DNA of 64,000 nucleotides from a virus (taxonomy: Duplodnaviria > Heunggongvirae > Uroviricota > Caudoviricetes), in the IMG/VR virus record IMGVR_UViG_3300024269_000002, one strand, 5' to 3'. The translations under genes and the position numbers were made by a program. Positions 28,149 through 35,868 of this stretch are shown here, in pieces (the first letter of the stretch is position 1; each line of letters begins with the position of its first letter). The notes beneath the pieces were generated by a model, which did not search any database, was not told the DNA's origin, and worked only from the letters and a program-made list of their open reading frames with translations.

Positions 28149-28563
28149 TTCACTCATTGATGCAGTTCGGTGAGTTCTGCTTGTAGGTGAAGCTGAAACC
28201 TTCATTGAGAGTCTCTGCATAGAGACAATCATCAGTCCTCGGAATGAGGCGGCTATGAAGCAAGGGCTCGTTATGGGAGTGCTTGTGGAGCCTCTACCAA
28301 CGTTTGCAGGTCCAAGTAATGAGGAGGTTGCGTTATTCCATAACTACCGCTTGAATGGCGATAAAACTGCATGAACTGCTAGTACGATGCAAACAAGAGC
28401 ATCAGCAACAGCAAGTAGTTTGAGGTTGCATAATCTTGTCGGTTTCGGCAACGGAAACATGGTTAATATTGCTGTTGTGGCAGAGCTTGGCTGCCTTTAA
28501 CAAGCTGGAGGCGCACGTGGCTCCATTAGAACACTAGTCGCGAATAGTGTCCACGTATCCTCT

Positions 28564-28641
28564 GGTCTCATCGTCTAGTCTGGTTTAGGACGGTAGCCTC
28601 TCAAGCTACAAACATGGGTTCAAATCCCGTTGGGATCACCA
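28564..28641 (+). tRNA. tRNA-Glu(CTC)
   Basis: Canonical cloverleaf. Confidence 0.95.
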
Positions 28642-28685
28642 AACTTCAATCGAAGTTCCCTCAATTACATATAAGGAGAAACGAT

Positions 28686-29000
28686 ATGGAACGTGGAAGT
28701 ATGTATCATCGTAAAATGAGAGCAAAGCACATCCGTCGTAAGAAGCGTATTGCTAGTAGATACTGGCATGCAGATGAGTATCCTTATTACAAGTATGACG
28801 GAATGTATTCCAAGGGCAAGATTCATTGCTCATGTCCGCTGTGTGCATCCAAGACGAATCATAAAGGTTCAAAGTGGAAGGGCGGATCTGGTGAAGTAAA
28901 GAATTGGAAACATTCCGATCTGCAGAGATTGCAGTTACTGCATGATCAAATTGTTGACCTTTATGCAGGAGTGGCGGAATCGGTAGACGCGCACGTTTGA
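28686..29000 (+). CDS. Small basic Zn-binding protein
   Basis: AAGGAG RBS; YSKGKIHCSCPLC; 3' end runs into tRNA-Leu(GAG). Confidence 0.7.
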   Translation: MERGSMYHRKMRAKHIRRKKRIASRYWHADEYPYYKYDGMYSKGKIHCSCPLCASKTNHKGSKWKGGSGEVKNWKHSDLQRLQLLHDQIVDLYAGVAESVDAHV

Positions 29001-29050
29001 GGGGCGTGTGGCGCAAAGCTGTACGGGTTCAAGTCCCGTTTCCTGCACCA
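28965..29050 (+). tRNA. tRNA-Leu(GAG)
   Basis: Class II cloverleaf, TT-GAG-GG. Confidence 0.96.
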
Positions 29051-29136
29051 ACTTATTCAACTAGGAAAGGATGAAGGATCCTATGCTCTGGATCATGGCC
29101 GTCTTCTAACATCTTTATTTATAAGGAGTTAGAAAT

Positions 29137-29436
29137 ATGAGTCGTTCTTACAAGAAAACAGCCTGGTGTGGTGATAGTGGCAAGAAAGATATGCGTCGTA
29201 TCGCTAACAGTGTTGTCCGTTCGAAGTTGAAACAAGACCCCGATTGTATTCCTCGTCGCGGAAAAGCTTATCGTAAGTTGTTTGAATCATATGAAATTTG
29301 TGATTACGGTTGGCTCTGTACTTGGGAACAATACTGGGCACGCGAGCTTGAATACCAGAAAGAAGGTTGTAGCTTTGCTCATGAGAGTAAAGAAGAGGCT
29401 TTTAGATACTGGATCAAGTGGTATCGTAACAAATGA
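29137..29436 (+). CDS. Small basic protein (MSRSYKK N-terminus)
   Basis: AAGGAG RBS. Confidence 0.7.
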   Translation: MSRSYKKTAWCGDSGKKDMRRIANSVVRSKLKQDPDCIPRRGKAYRKLFESYEICDYGWLCTWEQYWARELEYQKEGCSFAHESKEEAFRYWIKWYRNK

Positions 29437-29466
29437 TTTAATGCGGTGTTTCTTGCACCGCAATAT

Positions 29467-29541
29467 GCAGGTGTAGTATATCGGCTATTATATCGGTCTT
29501 CCAAACCGAGGAGGTGGGTTCGACTCCCATCACTTGCTCCA
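29467..29541 (+). tRNA. tRNA-Gly(TCC), second divergent copy
   Basis: Loop CT-TCC-AA, U73-CCA. Confidence 0.92.
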
Positions 29542-29628
29542 TGCCCTCCTTTCCGCTCGCTAGAGAATAATCCTCGAAGCAATACTGCTGTTGCGAAGTA
29601 GTTGGATGAATAAAGTTGCTTCATATTT

Positions 29629-29705
29629 GGTGAGTGTCGCCAAGTGGTTAAGGCAGCGGATTGTGATTCCGCCATTCGTGAGTTCAACTCTCATCACTCA
29701 CCCCA
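29629..29705 (+). tRNA. tRNA-His(GTG)
   Basis: G-1:C73, loop TT-GTG-AT. Confidence 0.96.
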
Positions 29706-29708
29706 AAT

Positions 29709-29797
29709 GACAGCGTAGTCAAGTCCGGTTTAAGACCGCAGTCTGCAAAACTGTTTGACCCGAAAGGGCGTGAGTTCAAATCTCACCGCTGTCTCCA
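29709..29797 (+). tRNA. tRNA-Cys(GCA) with atypical long variable arm
   Basis: Loop CT-GCA-AA, U73; V arm CCC-GAAA-GGG. Confidence 0.92.
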
Positions 29798-29881
29798 ATG
29801 ACCGCTTTTTCTGGATTTGCCAGTTACCGCTTTTTCAAAGGTCTAATCAAGTAAAAATGATTGAATGAAACTGGAACATAT

Positions 29882-29958
29882 GCCGAGATAGCTCAGTCCG
29901 GTAGAGCGGTAGGTTGAATCCCTACGCGTCGCAGGTCCGAATCCTGCTCTCGGCACCA
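29882..29958 (+). tRNA. tRNA-Phe(GAA), U37 and C55 variant
   Basis: Loop TT-GAA-TC; T loop TCCGAAT. Confidence 0.9.
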
Positions 29959-30128
29959 TGACCTGCCGAATGGTCTCCCTTTACTGCAAGGAAAATAAAC
30001 GGTTGGTTTGTTGCATACCAGTACAGCAGTAAGTACAAGGTAACAAGGTAGCATATCGTAATGATGGGATTCTGCGCGATATGTAAAAAGTCATCAACGG
30101 CATTGCAAGGCTTGCGATGACATAATCT

Positions 30129-30205
30129 GGCTCCATAGTTCAGTTGGTCAGAACGCCGGCCTGTCACGCCGGAGGTCAGGGGTTCAAGTCCCCTTGGAGT
30201 CGCCA
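30129..30205 (+). tRNA. tRNA-Asp(GTC), canonical copy
   Basis: Loop CT-GTC-AC. Confidence 0.97.
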
Positions 30206-30332
30206 AGGCGCTGATAGGTAACAAAATGTAGCAGCGACAGTGGGCACTACAAAGTGTGTTAACAAACTAAGATGTGTGGGCAGCTGAGGACCTAACCTTA
30301 GCCTCTATTATAAGATAAGTTGGGATGTTATC

Positions 30333-30554
30333 ATGATTAAAGCTGGTTCTTGCTACAGACATTTCAAAGGAAACACTTACAGAGTTCTTGCTATTGCACA
30401 GCATACTGAGACAGATGAGAAGATGGTTGTATACCAAGCACTTTACGGATCGGGAAAAATCTATGTAAGACCTTATGATATGTTTTGTTCGGAAGTGGAT
30501 TTAACAAAGTACCCTAACTGTAAACAGAAATATCGATTCGAACTCGTAAGTTAA
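30333..30554 (+). CDS. DUF1653 family protein
   Basis: YRHFKG..Y.V...A.HTET.E.MVVYQALYG...YVRP..MF. Confidence 0.85.
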   Translation: MIKAGSCYRHFKGNTYRVLAIAQHTETDEKMVVYQALYGSGKIYVRPYDMFCSEVDLTKYPNCKQKYRFELVS

Positions 30555-30562
30555 ATAAATAT

Positions 30563-30639
30563 GCTCCAGTAGCTCAGCTGAATAGAGCAAGCGCCTTCTA
30601 AGCGCTAGGTCGGGGGTTTGAGTCCCTTCTGGAGTACCA
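30563..30639 (+). tRNA. tRNA-Arg(TCT)
   Basis: Cloverleaf; T loop TTTGAGT. Confidence 0.92.
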
Positions 30640-30756
30640 AAGTAGGTGACTGGATTTTTGGAATTTAGGGGCCGGCTCCTCTGAAATAGTTAGTCAATCT
30701 TAAAACAGGAAACGCCGTCTGTGCCTACTTAGTTAAAAACATCGAGGTAAGTAGAA

Positions 30757-30990
30757 TTGATAAAGTCTGTAAGATTTGAATCAAAAGAAGATCTGTACAA
30801 GTTTAGTGAACTTGCAAGTCAGGAAGATTTCAACATCTACATTAGTACTGCTTATGGTCAGCTGGATGCAAAAAGTCTTCTTGCGTTATTCACAATTCTG
30901 GGTCAGGATGTCAACATTGTTGCTCCCGATCATGCAAGTGTGGATAAGTTCCACAAGTTCTTAGACAAGTATGCAGCTTCTATTAAATAA
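30757..30990 (+). CDS. HPr-like protein lacking the His15 motif
   Basis: LDAKSLLALF matches the HPr Ser46 helix; 77 aa. Confidence 0.65.
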   Translation: MIKSVRFESKEDLYKFSELASQEDFNIYISTAYGQLDAKSLLALFTILGQDVNIVAPDHASVDKFHKFLDKYAASIK

Positions 30991-31021
30991 GAAACAGTTT
31001 GATAACTGAGGGTTGAGTTTT

Positions 31022-31417
31022 ATGAAGATTGGATTGTTTCCTATGTGCGGAGATGTTCTGCACGCAGGGCATATAGCAGCCTTGAAAGAGGCAAGAGAGC
31101 ATTGTGATTTCTTGATTGTTGCATTGAATACTCATCCAGATGGCAAGAGTCCTGTTGAGAGCGTATATGAGCGTTACACAAAGCTTGCTGAATTGAAGTG
31201 CGTGGATCAAGTTATTCCTTATCAAGGAAAGAAAGATATGGAGTTACTTGCAGCTACATTGAATTACAACATCCGCTTTCTTGGTAATGATTATGTACAC
31301 AAGGATTGGGATGGAAAACAGCAAGAGAAGAATCGTTGTATTCCGCCGTATTTCATGCAAAGAGATCTTCATGGCCTATCTTCTACTCAACTGAAAGAAA
31401 GAATCAAGAGCTCGTAA
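31022..31417 (+). CDS. Cytidylyltransferase (TagD-like, HxGH)
   Basis: GDVLHAGH, ER...L..LKCVD.VIPY, G.DY, LSSTQLKERI. Confidence 0.8.
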   Translation: MKIGLFPMCGDVLHAGHIAALKEAREHCDFLIVALNTHPDGKSPVESVYERYTKLAELKCVDQVIPYQGKKDMELLAATLNYNIRFLGNDYVHKDWDGKQQEKNRCIPPYFMQRDLHGLSSTQLKERIKSS

Positions 31418-31429
31418 GAGCTCACACAT

Positions 31430-31506
31430 GCTCGCGTAGCTCAGATGGTCAGAGCGCACGACTGATAATCGTGAGGTCGCTGGTTCAATTCCAGCCGTGA
31501 GCACCA
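31430..31506 (+). tRNA. tRNA-Ile(GAT)
   Basis: Canonical cloverleaf. Confidence 0.97.
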
Positions 31507-31536
31507 ACATCATTGTATATATTGATATGAAAACAA

Positions 31537-32004
31537 ATGCTTACAAGAAAACAACTACAAAAGAATGTGCATGGTGTGATTATAGAGTCTGCCGAAAAGG
31601 CCATAAATGTAGTTGGTATAAGAAATATGTTAAGCAGTTTAACAAGAAGGGTAGATACAATGAAGTTCAAGAATGAAGAGTTTACAAGTGAGTACAACAG
31701 AGATGCTCATTTTGTTAAGCACAAGAAACAGTTTTCAAGAGAGCTAACTGCAGCTGAATATGAAAACCTTGCAGATAAGCTACAGAGAACACCTGTTAAC
31801 AACAAGGACATTCTTGGCTACATGTCTCTAACAAAAGAGGGTAGAACAGCTTACTGTAAGTACGATAGAAATCAAGAGCTATTTGTTGTCTATACTTACC
31901 GTAAAGGTACACCTTACACAATTACTTGTTACAAGAAGAATTGGAGAGATTTCAATGGCGATAAAGCTATTGAGTACTTCGATGAAATTCCTTCTGGAAA
32001 ATAA
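31537..32004 (+). CDS. Putative polymorphic-toxin RNase domain protein
   Basis: F.S....DAHFVKH..QF...T..EY...A, kYD, IT.YK pattern of BECR-type toxin tips; followed by CPCC gene. Confidence 0.55.
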   Translation: MLTRKQLQKNVHGVIIESAEKAINVVGIRNMLSSLTRRVDTMKFKNEEFTSEYNRDAHFVKHKKQFSRELTAAEYENLADKLQRTPVNNKDILGYMSLTKEGRTAYCKYDRNQELFVVYTYRKGTPYTITCYKKNWRDFNGDKAIEYFDEIPSGK

Positions 32005-32064
32005 GTTGATTTAATCCAAAGCATACATTATAATATGTTTATAAATAATGTGGAGGATTTGATT

Positions 32065-32277
32065 ATGGATATTCGCAAGACTCGTGAGTTTCTGGAGTTT
32101 GGATTCAACGTTGTTATTTGTCCTGTTTGTGGCAAAGAGACATTAGATAATCACTTCATCTGTCCTCATTGTGGTTGGGAATATGATAGTACTGTTGAAA
32201 GTCTTGAGCAGTTCTCTTCGGCAAACCAATCCACTATTGAAGAATACAAGAGCGAAGAAATTAAAAAATCTTTGTAA
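32065..32277 (+). CDS. CPCC-family Cys-rich (immunity-type) protein
   Basis: CPVCG...ICPHCGWEYD...AN..TIEEY; own promoter at 32004 and GGAGG RBS. Confidence 0.7.
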   Translation: MDIRKTREFLEFGFNVVICPVCGKETLDNHFICPHCGWEYDSTVESLEQFSSANQSTIEEYKSEEIKKSL

Positions 32278-32326
32278 AATACCTTGTATTCTTGGAATAT
32301 CTATTGTATATTATATATGTAAATAT

Positions 32327-32402
32327 TGCGGAGTAGAGCAGTGGTAGCTCGTCAGCCTCATAAGCTGAAGGCCGTAGGTTCGAGTCCTACCTCTCGCAAC
32401 CA
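32327..32402 (+). tRNA. tRNA-fMet-like (CAT)
   Basis: Initiator-type GAGC/GCTC D stem; anticodon stem TCAGC lacks 3 G-C pairs; 1-nt bulge in acceptor. Confidence 0.85.
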
Positions 32403-32510
32403 TAAAAGACCACACGGGAAGTATCCTCACGCTCCAACACAAGATGTTGTAGGATGACTTAATAGAAAGTAGAGGCTAGTGGTGTCTAACGTTCCGCTTC
32501 CCGTTTATTT

Positions 32511-32587
32511 GCCGGTATAGCTCAGTTGGCTAGAGCAGCTGATTTGTAATCAGCAGGTCGGGGGTTCGAGTCCGTCTACCGGCTCCA
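32511..32587 (+). tRNA. tRNA-Thr(TGT)
   Basis: Canonical cloverleaf. Confidence 0.96.
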
Positions 32588-32598
32588 TAATGTACCTT

Positions 32599-33294
32599 GA
32601 CAAGTGCATAGTAAAATATATAATCATTGACAACTCAGTGCAGAACGAATACCATCGTGCTGAGAACTCGATCCTGCCTGCGGGCGCCTGGAGTGCGAAA
32701 ACATTCACGAACGATAGCTTGTGATAGCTAGAGGGTTTATGGAGTGATTCATAGATTCCGCCTCTGAACTGAGGTCCAGGATGGAAGAGTGTGCTGACAT
32801 AGTTGCAATCAAAGATACCGTCTTATCGCTTCCACAATAGACAGCTTGGTTAACAGCCGAGCCGAATCCAAGTTAGGTATTAGCTGGTGACTGTTACAAA
32901 CCTTGGAAAGACCAACAAGGAAGTTTGCGTTGATCCCTCAGCAATGAGGAGTATAAGATAAGGTCGGAGGTGCGAGTAGCTCAAACGCAATTGACGTAAG
33001 ATGATGCTGTAAAGAACTTGGATAGTAATAGAAAAAGTTACTAATATTATCAAAATTTCTGAATGGCGAGTGAAAGTTGCAAGTACCCAATCTTGCATGG
33101 GATTTGGAATTACTAGTTGAGAATTTACCGAGTAATCGGTATCAGGTCCTATGTTAATTCTGGGGCAAGAAGTTTATGGTGGACGCATCATAGGCTCAGA
33201 CTTGTCTCCCCATTGATCGAATATGGTTGAGGACTAAACAGTTGGTAAGGCGAAGGCCTGTTGATGAACTTATATATTTTACTATGTGCTTGTC
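32599..33294 (+). ncRNA. Giant structured ncRNA, ROOL-like
   Basis: About 700 nt with no sense ORF, closed by a 25-bp stem with two G-U pairs; motifs GCAATCAAAGA, TTCTGAAT..GAAAGT and CTCAGACTTGTC..GAATA that I recall from ROOL RNAs; directly after tRNAs. Confidence 0.72.
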
Positions 33295-33321
33295 TGAGTG
33301 TTTTTCATTCCTCCTTTCGTG

Positions 33322-33357
33322 ATAACGAGCTTGTCGATAAGTTGACAAGCTCGTTAT
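33322..33357 (+). terminator. Intrinsic terminator
   Basis: ATAACGAGCTTGTCGA-TAAG-TTGACAAGCTCGTTAT followed by T-rich tract. Confidence 0.8.
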
Positions 33358-33455
33358 TTGTTTGTTCATTTCTACAATAACTGTTATTTTATAGTTGATT
33401 ACACTACATAACTATTATATAATACTAGTGTAAAATATAACATGGAGGTAATGTT

Positions 33456-33725
33456 ATGAAGTATGGCAAATGTAACTTTGATTCAGTTAGATGGATAGTC
33501 AGAGATGATGATGGTTCCCTTGAATGGAAAGAAGGAACCTTGGAAGAAGCCAAAGCTGATATTGAGCAGGATTCCGGAACATGTGCACTTTTCTTTCCAA
33601 AAGATGTTGAAGGATTAGGTCATCCTATCAATCCTGATGTAAGCAGAACTCAGTTTGAAAAGGAACCTGGAATCTTTGGTGTCTGTTACTACAAGGGGTG
33701 GAGTGGTTATGTGTTTGAGGGATGA
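33456..33725 (+). CDS. Hypothetical protein
   Basis: Promoter at 33393, GGAGG RBS. Confidence 0.7.
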   Translation: MKYGKCNFDSVRWIVRDDDGSLEWKEGTLEEAKADIEQDSGTCALFFPKDVEGLGHPINPDVSRTQFEKEPGIFGVCYYKGWSGYVFEG

Positions 33726-33935
33726 AAATGTTAATCTTCGTCACGTCTTCAAAATTGAAATTTACAACAGCATTGGTCCTCTTGAACAAGACGAAGTAAT
33801 TCTTTACAATGCTGATAAAATTGACGAAGAAACCGCCCTTCAAGTTGTAAGGGCAGGAGCATACAGTGAGTATGTGTTGCATATGAGTATGCGACATTTT
33901 GAGGCACTATTTTTGAACAAGGAGCGTGATCCGTT

Positions 33936-34226
33936 TTGTCCTTTGGTGTAATACAGTATAAGAGTCCTTTCCGTTGTGTTCCTCGAAATCCAAATCACAT
34001 CTGTGGATTTTGCGGTACAAACGTAGATGTTAAGTATGCGTATGATGTGGAATCATCTGAAAATTATCCTGAAGCTTCCAGGGCAGATGCAACCTCGGTT
34101 TATAGTTGCAGTTCTTGTACTCTTAGGAAAATGTATCATGTTCCTTCAAACCCTCTACAGTATGAATTTGATCTTGGAGATCTCCACTGCAAATGCAAAC
34201 CTTGCTCGTCAAGAGAAGGAAATTGA
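33936..34226 (+). CDS. Small Zn-finger protein; 3' end overlaps flotillin fragment
   Basis: AAGGAG RBS; CGFC...CSSC. Confidence 0.5.
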   Translation: MSFGVIQYKSPFRCVPRNPNHICGFCGTNVDVKYAYDVESSENYPEASRADATSVYSCSSCTLRKMYHVPSNPLQYEFDLGDLHCKCKPCSSREGN

Positions 34227-34869
34227 GCTGAAAGCTCGTGAGGTTGAGATTACCGAGCGTAGATTGGAAGCTGAAGTCAAGAAGACAGCTGACGCACAGA
34301 AATATGCTACTCAGCAAGCGGCAGACGCAGAGTTGTATCAAGCTCAGAAGAAAGCAGATGCGGATCTGTTCAAGCGTAAGCGCGAAGCAGAAGCCGAGAA
34401 GTTTGAAGCAGAGCAGAAAGCTGAGGCAACCAAGGCAGAATCTATTGCAAAGAAAGTTGCAATGGAGAACGAGGCTGCTGGTATTGAGGCTCGTGGTAAA
34501 GCCGAAGCTGAGGCAATTCGTGCTAAAGCAGAGGCTGAGGCAGCAGGTATCCTGAAGAAGGCTGAAGCTATGGAACGCTATGGTGAAGCAGCAAAGATGG
34601 ATATGCAGTTGGAAGCTGTTAAGGTGCTGTTTGAGAAGTTCCCTGCAATGGCTGCTGCCATCGGCGAAGGCTACAAGGGTGTTGATAAGATTGTCATGAT
34701 GGGGTCTGACTCCAATCAGCTGGCAAACAACATCATTGGCACTACTACTCAACTGAGTGAGGGGCTGTCTGCAAGCCTCGGGTTTGATCTGAAGTCACTC
34801 TTAGCGGGTGTTCTCGGTGGCAAACTTGCCGCTGGTAACTGTGAATGTGGCGGAAATTGTGACAAGTAA
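34177..34869 (+). pseudogene. C-terminal half of a flotillin (SPFH domain missing)
   Basis: AEA-rich coiled coil, G.AEAEAI.AK..AEA, P.MA.AI....VDKIV; no RBS/start at its 5' edge. Confidence 0.7.
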
Positions 34870-34884
34870 TTTTTGAAGATACAT

Positions 34885-34918
34885 AAAAAGAGCTAGAGAA
34901 TCATCTCTAGCTCTTTTT
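34885..34918 (+). terminator. Intrinsic terminator
   Basis: AAAAAGAGCTAGAGA-ATCA-TCTCTAGCTCTTTTT. Confidence 0.85.
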
Positions 34919-35274
34919 ATTGTAGTTGATTATTATACTGTTAAATATTATAATAGAAATATAAAAAATAGGTGGAGGGACAACTTATGCCAACATTTTC
35001 TATCGACATTTCCAATATCTCTTACAAAAACTTAACATTTATCGAGGTGCTCAATGCCCTTTCTGAATACATTGCAGTAACTGGAGACAATGAAATTCCT
35101 CCTATCATATTCGAGGAAACTGGGGAAATCATAAATGGCTATAAAATTTTCGTTGACAACACTCCTTACAACATTGAGAACATCTTTGACCTGCTACCTT
35201 ACATTAGCAGGTTCAAAGAAATGAAAACTTGTTTTACAACTCTTTGGACAAACGATATCTGATAGGAGCATACT

Positions 35275-35868
35275 ATGACACCTAAAGATTTTATCATTGG
35301 AGCTGATATGGACGATACTTTAACAAAGTTAATCGTTCCGTGGTATCAGTGGTTGAATAATAAATATAACAAACATGTTGATCCTTATGCAGATATGCAC
35401 TAGAATCCTCAAGTTCAATATCCCGATCTAACAACTCATCAGATATTTGAACCATTGTTTATTGAGGAGTTCTGGGATAATGTTACTCCCATTGAGGGCT
35501 CCGTCGGATATGTTAAGAAACTGATTGAGGAAGGATTTCAATTCTATGTTGTAACCTCCTCTCATCATGATACAGTTTCTGCAAAATTCAACAGAGTTCT
35601 ATTCAAGTATTATCCATTTATCGATAGACACAACATTATAACAACATCCAACAAACAATTGATAAAGATGCATATACTCATAGATGATGGTCCACACAAT
35701 ATTGTTGGCGACTATTATGGTTTACTTATGGAGGCAGCTCATAATAGGAACTGGGATGAAAGCAAACACGAAAAAGTAACGCGAGTTCGTAGTTGGAAAG
35801 AGATCTATGAGAAAGTTCATGAGATTTACAATGAACTTTCTAGAAATTATGCGGAGGTATCTGTATGA
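35275..35868 (+). pseudogene. 5'(3')-deoxyribonucleotidase (HAD) interrupted by in-frame TAG
   Basis: AGGAG RBS, IGADMDDTL motif, TAG at 35401-35403 in frame with downstream ...K.LI..HILIDD.PHN...HNR. Confidence 0.75.

Noticed and set aside
28155-28185. Seventh Y RNA (TGATGCAGTT start)
   Set aside because: No AGTTACTTC or matching 3' TTCTCA; the sequence instead pairs with AACTGCAT at 28364.
28965-29000. Integration scar where a CDS overlaps tRNA-Leu(GAG)
   Set aside because: No duplicated tRNA fragment or integrase in the window; simple overlap is sufficient.
9485-33294. tmRNA, RNase P RNA, rRNA, or group I introns in tRNAs
   Set aside because: No diagnostic motifs seen; tRNA inserts are too short and lie in the variable region.
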